Made by a program: the position numbers and the translations under genes | Notes under the pieces: generated by a model | Database searches by the model: none | Told to the model about the DNA's origin: nothing | Seen by the model: only the letters and a program-made list of their open reading frames with translations | NCBI GenBank assembly: GCA_002841765.1 | Contig: PHAV01000006.1 | Location: 1,446 to 65,445, forward strand | DNA length: 64,000 bases | Source: Deltaproteobacteria bacterium HGW-Deltaproteobacteria-4 | Lineage (GTDB): Bacteria; Desulfobacterota; Desulfuromonadia; Desulfuromonadales; UBA2197 | Reading direction: 5' to 3' | In this document: one piece after another, positions 19,259 through 27,933 of the stretch | How positions within the stretch are numbered: position 1 is the first letter of the stretch | Layout: each line of letters starts with the position of its first letter

Positions 19259-21304
19259 GTGAATGACCTAATGAATGTCTCGAAACTCAACCCGGAGCAA
19301 CGTAAAGCCGTCCTTCAGACCGATGGTCCCCTCCTCCTCCTTGCAGGTGCCGGCTCCGGCAAGACCCGGGTTATTACCATGCGCATTGCCTATTTGCTCC
19401 GCGAAAAAAAAATCGGTCCGGAACATATCCTGGCGGTGACCTTTACCAACAAAGCTTCTCGCGAGATGTTGCAACGGGTCATCGGTCTGGTCGGCCGAGA
19501 ACACTGCGGCGGCATCGCCATCTCCACTTTTCACGCACTCGGCATGCGAATTCTTCGCAGCGGCATCGAGCGACTCGGTTACAAAAAAAACTTTTCTATC
19601 TATACCGGCGCTGATCAGGAGCGTTTGCTACGCGATTTGATTCGCGCGACCGATAGCAAGGGGGCATCCTTGGTCAGCCAGGTTCTCTGGTGTATTTCCA
19701 GCGCTAAAAACCGACTCATCGCCCCCCGCAACTTCAAGCCCCGTCACCACGATCCGGCCAGCGCCCTGGCGGCGCGCATCTACCCCCTTTACCAAAGATC
19801 ATTGCGTGCCTGCAATGCTGTCGACTTTGATGATATCCTCATGCTCAGCGCCCAGCTTCTGGTGGAGCACACCGACCTGTTGAGTCTCTGGCGGAAGCAA
19901 TTTCTTTATGTCATGGTCGATGAATATCAAGATACCAATTTTGCCCAGTACCAACTCCTGCGCCTCCTTTGTGATGAACATCGCAACCTTTGTGTTGTCG
20001 GCGACGACGATCAGTCGATCTACGGCTGGCGAGGCGCTGCGCCGGAGAATATTCTTGACTTTGAACGGGATTATAAGGGTGCCCGGGTGATCAAGCTCGA
20101 GCAAAATTATCGTTCTACTTGCAATATTCTGGCCGCGGCAAATGCCGTAATCAGTCATAACCCTCGGCCCCACCCTAAAAAATTGTGGAGCGCAGCCGGC
20201 GCCGGCGTCGGCGTTGAACTGCTCAGCTGTCATGATGACGAAGAGGAAGCGAAATTAATTGTCCAACGGATCATGACCCGACGGGCTGAAAGTAAAGATC
20301 CTCTTTCCGCCTTTGCCATCCTTTATCGCACAAATGCCCAGTCGCGTCCTTTTGAAGAGCAATTGCGCTACGAAAATATTCCTTATGTTCTCATCGGAGG
20401 CCAGCAGTTTTTTGACCGCAAAGAAGTCAAGGATGCTCTCGCCTACCTGCGGGTTATTGCCAATCCGCAGGATGAAGTCAATCTCCTGAGAATTCTCAAT
20501 TACCCTAAACGGGGGATCGGCGAAAGCAGCGCGCATGCCCTGATCGAGACTTCGGCGCGTCTGCATAAGCCTATCTGGGAGATTTTACGCCATCCTCAGG
20601 CCCTGAGCGATCTGGGAGAGAAGCCTCTGGCGGCCATGCATAATTTTACGGCATTGATCGTCAACTTTCGCCACCGTTTTCGCTCGGCGGGAAATGCTGC
20701 CAACACTTTCCGTGAGCTGATTCGGACGATTGGCATGGAAGAGGATATCTGGCGGTCAGCTGAAAATGTTGAACAGGGGAAACGCCGCCTGGAAAATCTT
20801 GCCGAGGCTGTCAATGCCTTTGCTGCCTATGAAAGCCGTGAGAGCCAGCCAACGCTTGCAGGCTTCCTAGAAAAGGTCTCTCTCCTCGACGCCGACGAAC
20901 CGAACCGGGAGGAGAAGGAAAATAAGCTTCGTCGTGACGCTGTGGTCTTAATGAGTTTGCATGCCAGCAAGGGGCTTGAGTTTCCTCATGTCTTTCTTGC
21001 CGGGCTTGAAGAGGAGACTATCCCGCATTGCACCGCAGACGGAGAAGCTGCCGATCTAGCCGAAGAGCGCCGCTTGCTATATGTCGGTATCACCCGCGCG
21101 CAAAAGACCCTGACATTACTGCATGCCCGTCACCGGAAAAAGTATGGAAAATTGCGCCCCAGGCAGCCGAGCCGTTTTCTGGCCGAAATTCCGGAGGAAC
21201 TGCTTCTCCGCTCTCCCGCTGCTGCGCCGCTGCAATCGGAAGCAGAGAAAGATCAAGTTGCAAACGTTTTCTTCTCTAAGCTCAAAGCGCTCCTTGATGA
21301 ATAA
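19259..21304 (+). CDS. UvrD/Rep/PcrA-family helicase
   Basis: AGAGSGKT, VDEYQDTN, VGDDDQSIY, LEQNYRS, HASKGLEF, EERRLLYVGITRA. Confidence 0.95.
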   Translation: MNDLMNVSKLNPEQRKAVLQTDGPLLLLAGAGSGKTRVITMRIAYLLREKKIGPEHILAVTFTNKASREMLQRVIGLVGREHCGGIAISTFHALGMRILRSGIERLGYKKNFSIYTGADQERLLRDLIRATDSKGASLVSQVLWCISSAKNRLIAPRNFKPRHHDPASALAARIYPLYQRSLRACNAVDFDDILMLSAQLLVEHTDLLSLWRKQFLYVMVDEYQDTNFAQYQLLRLLCDEHRNLCVVGDDDQSIYGWRGAAPENILDFERDYKGARVIKLEQNYRSTCNILAAANAVISHNPRPHPKKLWSAAGAGVGVELLSCHDDEEEAKLIVQRIMTRRAESKDPLSAFAILYRTNAQSRPFEEQLRYENIPYVLIGGQQFFDRKEVKDALAYLRVIANPQDEVNLLRILNYPKRGIGESSAHALIETSARLHKPIWEILRHPQALSDLGEKPLAAMHNFTALIVNFRHRFRSAGNAANTFRELIRTIGMEEDIWRSAENVEQGKRRLENLAEAVNAFAAYESRESQPTLAGFLEKVSLLDADEPNREEKENKLRRDAVVLMSLHASKGLEFPHVFLAGLEEETIPHCTADGEAADLAEERRLLYVGITRAQKTLTLLHARHRKKYGKLRPRQPSRFLAEIPEELLLRSPAAAPLQSEAEKDQVANVFFSKLKALLDE

Positions 21305-21428
21305 TTTTTTATTTCGTTTCAAGATGGTGCAAGAATTTTAACCAGCCCGGAAAATTATTTTTTCTTGACAGTTTTGTTCTCTCTGTCATATTTTGTGCCA
21401 GCTTTAATAAACTCATACGGAGGACATT

Positions 21429-21698
21429 ATGAAAAAAATGCTTACCATTGCTCTGCTGCTCGCCTTTACGGCGGGGACTGCCATTGCAGCAGACACCGTC
21501 GTCATGACAGCCAAAAACGGCAACGTAACCTTCAATCACAAAGCCCACTCGGAGTCGATGGATTGCAAGATTTGCCACGGCGATGCTAAACCCGGAAAGA
21601 TTGAGTTGGATAAAGATGCCGCTCATGCTTTGTGTAAAGATTGTCACACCAAAAAAGCCGCCGGGCCCACCAAGTGCGGCGAATGCCACAAAAAGTAA
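21429..21698 (+). CDS. ppcA: Triheme cytochrome c7 (PpcA family)
   Basis: Signal peptide, three CxxCH motifs (CKICH, CKDCH, CGECH), KNGNVTFNHKAH, GPTKCGECHKK. Confidence 0.85.
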   Translation: MKKMLTIALLLAFTAGTAIAADTVVMTAKNGNVTFNHKAHSESMDCKICHGDAKPGKIELDKDAAHALCKDCHTKKAAGPTKCGECHKK

Positions 21699-21715
21699 AA
21701 AACAAAGATATAACG

Positions 21716-21798
21716 AAAAGGAAAGGCCCCTGTTTCGGCAGGGGCCTTTCCTTTTCTTAAATAAAGAGCCGCCCCTTAAGAGGCGGCTCTTTATTTAA
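21716..21798. terminator. Two adjacent intrinsic/bidirectional terminator hairpins
   Basis: Inverted repeats at 21716-21755 and 21757-21798 between convergent genes. Confidence 0.85.
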
Positions 21799-21826
21799 GC
21801 GGTTGTGTCATAGGTTGAAGTAAATA

Positions 21827-22528
21827 CTATTTCACGTTGAGCAGTTCGACATCAAAGATCAGCGTCGAATTCGGACCGATCTGAGCTCCGGCCCCCCGTT
21901 CGCCATAGGCAAGATTTGCCGGGATAAAGAGCTGCCACTTCGCACCCTCTTCCATTAATTGCAGAGCTTCCGTCCAACCGGGGATCACGCCGCCCACCGG
22001 GAAGCTCACTGGTTCACCGCGCTTGTAGGAACTGTCAAATTCGGTCCCATCAATCAAGGTGCCTTGGTAGTGCACTGTAACACTGTCATTTGGGCCAGGT
22101 TTCTTCCCTGTCCCCTTCTTCTCGACTTTGTACTGCAAGCCGCTCGGCAGGGTGATAACCCCCTCTTTTTTGCTGTTTTCCGCAAGGAAGGCTTCGCCGT
22201 CTTTCAAATTCTTGATGGCGCCCTCTTTGGCTTTGGCTTCCTGCTTTGCAACGAGTTCCTGCTGGAAATCTGTAATCACCTTCCGGACTTCTTCTTCTGT
22301 CATCAGCGTCTTGCCGCCAGCAGTGACATCCTTGATCGCCCGTGCCATGACGTCCGGATCGATTTCAATCCCTTGAGCTTTAAAGTCTGTGCCGAGGGAC
22401 ATACCGATCCCATAGCTGACCTTTGCTTTTTGATCGTTGAGCTCAATCTTTTTTTCTCCCGCACCGCACCCTGCCGCCATCAATACGATACCGGCAGCCA
22501 GTGACACTCCTGAAATAAGCCCCTTCAT
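21827..22528 (-). CDS. FKBP-type peptidyl-prolyl isomerase (FkpA/FklB-like lipoprotein)
   Basis: KVSYGIG, LPSGLQY, VHYQGTLIDGTEFDSS, VIPGWTEAL. Confidence 0.95.
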   Translation of the reverse strand: MKGLISGVSLAAGIVLMAAGCGAGEKKIELNDQKAKVSYGIGMSLGTDFKAQGIEIDPDVMARAIKDVTAGGKTLMTEEEVRKVITDFQQELVAKQEAKAKEGAIKNLKDGEAFLAENSKKEGVITLPSGLQYKVEKKGTGKKPGPNDSVTVHYQGTLIDGTEFDSSYKRGEPVSFPVGGVIPGWTEALQLMEEGAKWQLFIPANLAYGERGAGAQIGPNSTLIFDVELLNVK

Positions 22529-22715
22529 ATTGCCTCCTGTTAAATATTTTTACGAAAACATTTATACGCTATTTCCATAGCTGTCAACCGATTTTCCAGA
22601 CTGGATCTGGCATTCTTCAGGATCACTTTTTTTGAAGGAGGTTAAAGTGTGTCCAGGCAGAGTTGCAGTTGTAATAAAAAGAGGGCGATTATGGGAAAGG
22701 AGAAGCGATGAACGG

Positions 22716-23483
22716 TTAGCGTTTCAGTCGCTGCACCAGATTTTCGGCGAGTTGGCGGTTCGCGCCAGTGAGAAAGCGATTCTGAAAGATGGCATCATCA
22801 CCAAAGATTACGAAATTCCCTTTCCCTACTTCGCCAAGAGCGATTATTCCGAAGGCTTGCCTGGCGTCCTGCGCAGAGTAGTTGCGATCCTTATTAAGGT
22901 CGATCCAGGATTTTTCGCCACTGCTGGCAACGATCCGTGCGAATTTCCCTTCGGTCAACAGGGCCCAGCAGCCGTAGACGGCAAAGTGATCGATTCCGGT
23001 AAAGATCGGTTCATGGTCCAAACGTGTGACATGGAAATTGAGCGCTTCGCCATCGATCTGTGCTTGCTCCTCTTCACGAATGACTCCGTTCGAATGGACA
23101 ACATCAAAGCGGGCCAGTAGCCTGGAGTTGATAGGCGCTACGTGGAGCATGATGGACAGACGCCCGCCCTTTTCGACAAAGGTAAAAAGAGCATCAATCT
23201 CCTCCGGGGAAAAAGGGGCAAAGGGGCCGGAGATAACCACGGCATCGACTTCGGCAAGTAGGGCCGGAGTCAGGAGTTCTTTGGCGCTGCGAATTGTGAA
23301 ACCCTGACCGGCGAAGATTTTGCCGAGCTCAGTCAGGGCAAGCGGACCCTCCTGCAGAGGGAGAAATTTCTCGCCATGCGCTTCATCGAAGAGAACAACA
23401 GGTCTTTTGTCCGCGGCAGCGGCGGAGCAGGTGATAGCGATCAAGAGAAGGGTGGCCAGGAAAAGCCGCTGAAAAACAGTCAT
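22716..23483 (-). CDS. Exported protein with a GATase1-like/DUF4350-like fold
   Basis: Signal peptide, VLFDEAH, ISGPFAPFSPEE, GDDAIFQN. Confidence 0.6.
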   Translation of the reverse strand: MTVFQRLFLATLLLIAITCSAAAADKRPVVLFDEAHGEKFLPLQEGPLALTELGKIFAGQGFTIRSAKELLTPALLAEVDAVVISGPFAPFSPEEIDALFTFVEKGGRLSIMLHVAPINSRLLARFDVVHSNGVIREEEQAQIDGEALNFHVTRLDHEPIFTGIDHFAVYGCWALLTEGKFARIVASSGEKSWIDLNKDRNYSAQDARQAFGIIALGEVGKGNFVIFGDDAIFQNRFLTGANRQLAENLVQRLKR

Positions 23484-23676
23484 GAGTAGCTCCTTATTTA
23501 TTACTTATTAAGTCTTTTATCATGCGCTTCTTCAACAGTCTAGAGAAATCTTTATTATGCCCCGTTCGATTTTTTTTGGTGAAACAAAGCTTTTTCTGCT
23601 TTGAGCAGGATTTATTCTTGACTTGAATTGTGTGTTTATTTGATATTGAGTTTTACTCCACTTAGAGGTATTTCCC

Positions 23677-24159
23677 ATGAAGCTGACAACTAAAACCCGT
23701 TACGGCGTTCGCGCCCTCTTTGATATGGCCTTTCACGCCGGCACCCTGCCGGTGCAGGTCAAGGATATCTCCCGGCGCCAGGATATCTCCCCCCGTTACC
23801 TTGAACAGATATTTCAAGTGCTTAAAAAAGCAGGACTTCTCCACAGCAAGCGCGGGCCGCAAGGGGGGTATTCTCTGGCGCGCCTGCCGGCCGAGATCTC
23901 CCTTCTCGATATTATTATTGCGACCGAAGGGAGAATCGCTCTCCTCGATTGCTCCGAGGAGGGGGAGGGGAGGAAGAAGAAGGGAGAGTCGACTCCCTGT
24001 GAGCGGATGGAACATTGTGTCACGCAGTCTCTTTGGGCCGAGGCCGGCCAACATCTGGAGACTTACTTTGCGTCGGTCACGCTCAAGGATCTCTGTGACA
24101 AAGCGCGAGCCCTTGGTATTGAGCGGGAGCTTGATCACCGCTTCATGTATTTTATCTAG
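23677..24159 (+). CDS. Rrf2-family regulator (IscR/CymR-like, three Cys)
   Basis: MKLTTKTRYGVRAL, YLEQIF, SKRGPQGGY, three Cys in the C-terminal half. Confidence 0.92.
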   Translation: MKLTTKTRYGVRALFDMAFHAGTLPVQVKDISRRQDISPRYLEQIFQVLKKAGLLHSKRGPQGGYSLARLPAEISLLDIIIATEGRIALLDCSEEGEGRKKKGESTPCERMEHCVTQSLWAEAGQHLETYFASVTLKDLCDKARALGIERELDHRFMYFI

Positions 24160-24197
24160 GCCATAAAAGAAGTTGATTTTGACAATCCCGCTTGCCC

Positions 24198-24313
24198 GGA
24201 GCTAACATCTTTGCTGCCCGGCAGGTGGCAAAACGCCTCGGCCCCGGCAAAAATGTCGTGACGGTCCTCTGTAATACGGTGAGCATTATCTTTCCACCGG
24301 CATCTACGATTGA
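24198..24313 (+). pseudogene. cysK: Relic of the 3' end of cysteine synthase with a frameshift
   Basis: GANIFAARQVAKRLGPGKNVVTVLCN, then after a 1-nt shift GEHYLSTGIYD*. Matches the CysK C-terminus. No upstream part present. Confidence 0.75.
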
Positions 24314-24369
24314 AAAGCGCTACTACCCTTCCGCCCGAAAATGTACTGTCCCCATAACGAGACGCCTTC

Positions 24370-24873
24370 ATGCCCGACTTTCGCTGGCAAACCTTTGTCC
24401 TGATCATCAGTCTCCTCCTCTGCTCCGTTCTCGGCGCTGCCGCGGCTGAGGTCCGCGGCCGGGTCAGCTGGATCTATGATGGTGATACGATCAAGGTCGA
24501 CGGGGTCGGCAAGGTACGCTTGCTCGGCATCGATACCCCGGAAAGGAAGGCCTCGGAGCGCGACAAAAGCTTCCGGCGCGCCGGAATTGCTCCCAAACAA
24601 CTGAGGCGCGGGGCGAAACAAGCAACAGACTTTCTGATCCGCACCGCCAAGGGACAGGTCGTTACTCTGACTTTTGACCGGGAGAGGAGGGATCACTATG
24701 GTCGTACTCTTGCTTATGTCACGCTCACTGACGGTCGACTGCTCAACCGCGAACTTCTCCGCGAAGGCTTGGCCTGTGTTTATCGTCGTTTCGATTTTCG
24801 CATGAAAGACGATTTTATCCGGGTGGAAGCTGCAGCACGGGCCGGCGGTCATGGCCTTTGGTCTCAAGAATAA
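24370..24873 (+). CDS. Thermonuclease (SNase-like), exported
   Basis: YDGDTI, VRLLGIDTPE, DHYGRTLAYV, NRELLREGLA, GLWS. Confidence 0.92.
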   Translation: MPDFRWQTFVLIISLLLCSVLGAAAAEVRGRVSWIYDGDTIKVDGVGKVRLLGIDTPERKASERDKSFRRAGIAPKQLRRGAKQATDFLIRTAKGQVVTLTFDRERRDHYGRTLAYVTLTDGRLLNRELLREGLACVYRRFDFRMKDDFIRVEAAARAGGHGLWSQE

Positions 24874-24919
24874 AATGTTTCTTTATGGGTCATGAACAGG
24901 TCAGCAGGGAGGCAAAGGG

Positions 24920-26863
24920 ATGGAAGGGATACGTTACCGCATCGTCTATCGCGGCGAGGTCGGGCTTGGATTTGATTATGAAGAGATCAGGGAAAGCCTC
25001 GTTCGTCTTACCAGGTGGGACGCCAGAAAGGTAGAGCAGCTCCTCGCCAGCAGCGACTGTATCATCAAAAGCGATCTCGATGCCGCCACCGCCGAGCGTA
25101 TGCTCAAGGCCCTGAATAACAGCGGAATTATCTGTCATAAAGAGCTGATTACTGTGACCTCTCCGGCGGGCGCTTTCGCCGCTGCCATGGCACCGATCGC
25201 GATTGTCGGTCAAGAGGCCAGCAGCGCTGCTAAAGAGTCGGACAGCAAGTGCCCCAAATGTGGTTTTCTCCGTGAGGGAAACTTAAGCTGCCCAACGTGC
25301 GGTCTTGTCTTTGCCAAGTACGCGCAACTACGCACGGCAGCAGAACAGCCGCCGGTTGTTGCCCCCCGGGCTGTCACCTCGCAGGCGGCGGCGTTGCAGC
25401 GCCGTTCCATGCGTCGTGACGACCCTCTTGCGCGCCTCGAACAAAGTCACTCCCTCGGCTATTATCTGGGCAAGCTCCTTCTGGTCTTTGTCGGTGCGCA
25501 GTTACTGCGCACCCTCTACGCTGCTGATCTTACCCTCCTCATCGTGTTTCTTCTGCCTCTTGGCTTTGTCCTTTATCTTGGCGTTTTAGGGGCAGTGACA
25601 GAACGACCCCTTGGCGAGGTTTTTTCTGAACACCTTTCGCTGCTGCCTCTTCCATCCTTTGACCATGAACGCAGCACTGCGGCGTTGCCCTTTGCCACCT
25701 ACGGACTACTTTTCCTTCATGCCCTTCTTTATCTGGTCTGGCAACTACGCACCCCCGTAGAAATTCTGGAGAAATACTGGTTCTTCCCGCCCCTTGACGG
25801 CAGCGGTTTCAACCTTTTTCTCAGCGCCTTTGCCTCCCTCTTTTTGCATAGCAGCGGCTTTGCTTTTCTCATTGGGCTCTTTTTTTTGTGGATCATCGGT
25901 GCCACTCTGGAAATGCGTATCGGCAGCGGCCTTTTGGTCGGGACCTATCTCCTTGCCGGCCTCCTCGTCGCCGGGATCGGCGTTGCCGTGCAGCAGCTCC
26001 TTCCCGGCACGACTCTGCCAATTCTCGGGGTCGGCGGTGCGCTTGCCGGGCTCCTTGGCGTCTTTGCCCTTTGCAGCCGTCGGCGCACGATGACTTTTCC
26101 ACTGCCCTTCTTCGGCCTCGAGGCACTTATTGCCGGAAACTCCTGTCAAGTGCGCTGGAGCTCCCTTCTTATCGCCGGTCTCTTCGTCCTTGCCGATGTG
26201 GGTGCTCCGGTCGCCGCAATCAGTACCGGTCGCGGCACTCTTGGTCCGGTGATTCTTTTCAGTGGTTTTCTCGTCGGTTTGCTGGGTGCTAATGTGCTTG
26301 GACTTGGTGATAAAGCCGGGGATGAGGAGGACGAACCGGTCCCGGGAAGCCAGCTCTTTACGGCCAACGCAACGACATTGCGACAGCGTCTCGCCGCCAA
26401 TCCCGATAATCCAGATATTCTGCTTCAGTTAGCGCGGGTTGTTACCGCGGAGAAGCTCACGGATGAAGGCCGAGAGCTCTACCGTCGTGCCATTATCGGC
26501 CGACTTTCCAGTAAACCGAGAGAGGCCGCGGAGGTCTATCGCGAATTCAATCTGCGTCATCAGGAAGTCTTTGAAGCGAAATTGACCCTGCGTCTGGCCA
26601 ACATCTATCTCCGCCAAGGGGACACAGCGATGGCGGCGAGCGTCTTCTCCTCGGTGTGTGATGATGAGCGGGCAACAGCTCAGGAGCTGGAAAAAGCTCT
26701 TTATCAATATTGCGTGACGATTGCCAAGCTTGGTCAACTCGACGAAGCGCAGATGACACTGCAGCGGCTCGCTGAAACCTTCCCCGCATCGTCCCTGCTG
26801 CCGAAGTTGCGGGAGGTGGTTTACGACGCGGCGCAACCGGAGCCGGAGGGAGCTGGAAGTTAG
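24920..26863 (+). CDS. Rhomboid-like membrane protein with N-terminal Zn ribbon and C-terminal TPR
   Basis: CPKC...CPTC, multiple TM segments, FASLFLH...GATLE, TPR-like tail. Confidence 0.7.
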   Translation: MEGIRYRIVYRGEVGLGFDYEEIRESLVRLTRWDARKVEQLLASSDCIIKSDLDAATAERMLKALNNSGIICHKELITVTSPAGAFAAAMAPIAIVGQEASSAAKESDSKCPKCGFLREGNLSCPTCGLVFAKYAQLRTAAEQPPVVAPRAVTSQAAALQRRSMRRDDPLARLEQSHSLGYYLGKLLLVFVGAQLLRTLYAADLTLLIVFLLPLGFVLYLGVLGAVTERPLGEVFSEHLSLLPLPSFDHERSTAALPFATYGLLFLHALLYLVWQLRTPVEILEKYWFFPPLDGSGFNLFLSAFASLFLHSSGFAFLIGLFFLWIIGATLEMRIGSGLLVGTYLLAGLLVAGIGVAVQQLLPGTTLPILGVGGALAGLLGVFALCSRRRTMTFPLPFFGLEALIAGNSCQVRWSSLLIAGLFVLADVGAPVAAISTGRGTLGPVILFSGFLVGLLGANVLGLGDKAGDEEDEPVPGSQLFTANATTLRQRLAANPDNPDILLQLARVVTAEKLTDEGRELYRRAIIGRLSSKPREAAEVYREFNLRHQEVFEAKLTLRLANIYLRQGDTAMAASVFSSVCDDERATAQELEKALYQYCVTIAKLGQLDEAQMTLQRLAETFPASSLLPKLREVVYDAAQPEPEGAGS

Positions 26864-26973
26864 CTCGAAGCTGCGCAGGCGCCTGCGTCTTTTCAGTTTT
26901 TGCCCATTGAGATGCCTTCCCCTCTAAAATTTTTTAGGTTAAACTGCTTTCATCGTGTAGGCATGGAGGATCT

Positions 26974-27933
26974 ATGGTGTGGAAGAAGTGGGGCATGAGC
27001 AGGATTGGCTCTGGCTTGATCCTGGGCTTGGCATTGGTCTGTATCTGTGGTTGTCAGCGTGAAGAGCCATTAAAAGTCAAATTGAGCGAGCGTACCGTGG
27101 TCACTGACAGCAGTCCCGGGACAGAGACGCAGAAGCCCTTGACCGTCAGTGTCGGTTCGATGATCACCCCCCAGGCCGGCTACGGCTACTATCGTCAGTT
27201 GATCGACTACCTGTCCGGTTGTCTGGGGCGAAAGATCGATTCGATCGATCCTGGCAACTACGCCGAGACCAACCGCCTCCTGCAAACCGGCGAAGCCGAT
27301 TTTGCCTTTGTCTGCGGCGGCCCCTATGTCAGTGGTCACGAGCGCTTCGGACTTGAACTTTTGGTCGCGCCGGTCGTTAACGGGAAAACGGTCTACTACT
27401 CCTACCTGATCGTGCCGGCGGAGAGCACGACCCGTCATCTCTCCGATTTGCGCGGCAAAAGCTTCGTCTTTACCGATCCCCAGTCGAACTCCGGCAAGCT
27501 GGTGCCGACTGCGATGCTGGCCCGTCTCGGCCAGACCCCGGAGCAATTTTTCAGTTCGATCACCTATACCTACGGACACGACCGATCCATTCAAGCGGTG
27601 GCGGATAACATTGTCGACGGTGCTGCCGTCGATAGTCTGATCTGGGAATATATTGCCGTCACCCAGCCCGCCTTGACCGCCAAGACCCGGATTATCGAAC
27701 GGAGCGAGCCCTTCGGCATTCCGCCGGTGGTGACTTCGCCGCACCTCTCCCCGGAATTGCGCAAGGTGTTGCAGCAAGCCTTGCTGACTATTCACGAAGA
27801 TCCGCACGGGCTCAAGATTCTCAAAGGGATGAATATTGAACGCTTCGTCCTGATCGACGACAGCGCCTACGACGGTATCCGGCGACTGGAAGGCGAATCC
27901 GGTCCTCTCCCGACTCCGACGGCAACCAAATGA
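26974..27933 (+). CDS. PhnD-like (phosphate/phosphite/phosphonate) substrate-binding lipoprotein
   Basis: Lipobox-like CGC, YYSYLIV, FTDPQSNSG, GHDRSIQAV, DGAAVDS. Confidence 0.8.
   Translation: MVWKKWGMSRIGSGLILGLALVCICGCQREEPLKVKLSERTVVTDSSPGTETQKPLTVSVGSMITPQAGYGYYRQLIDYLSGCLGRKIDSIDPGNYAETNRLLQTGEADFAFVCGGPYVSGHERFGLELLVAPVVNGKTVYYSYLIVPAESTTRHLSDLRGKSFVFTDPQSNSGKLVPTAMLARLGQTPEQFFSSITYTYGHDRSIQAVADNIVDGAAVDSLIWEYIAVTQPALTAKTRIIERSEPFGIPPVVTSPHLSPELRKVLQQALLTIHEDPHGLKILKGMNIERFVLIDDSAYDGIRRLEGESGPLPTPTATK

Noticed and set aside
19259-21304. UvrD helicase as a defence gene
   Set aside because: Ordinary Rep/PcrA-type sequence in a housekeeping context with no nuclease partner.
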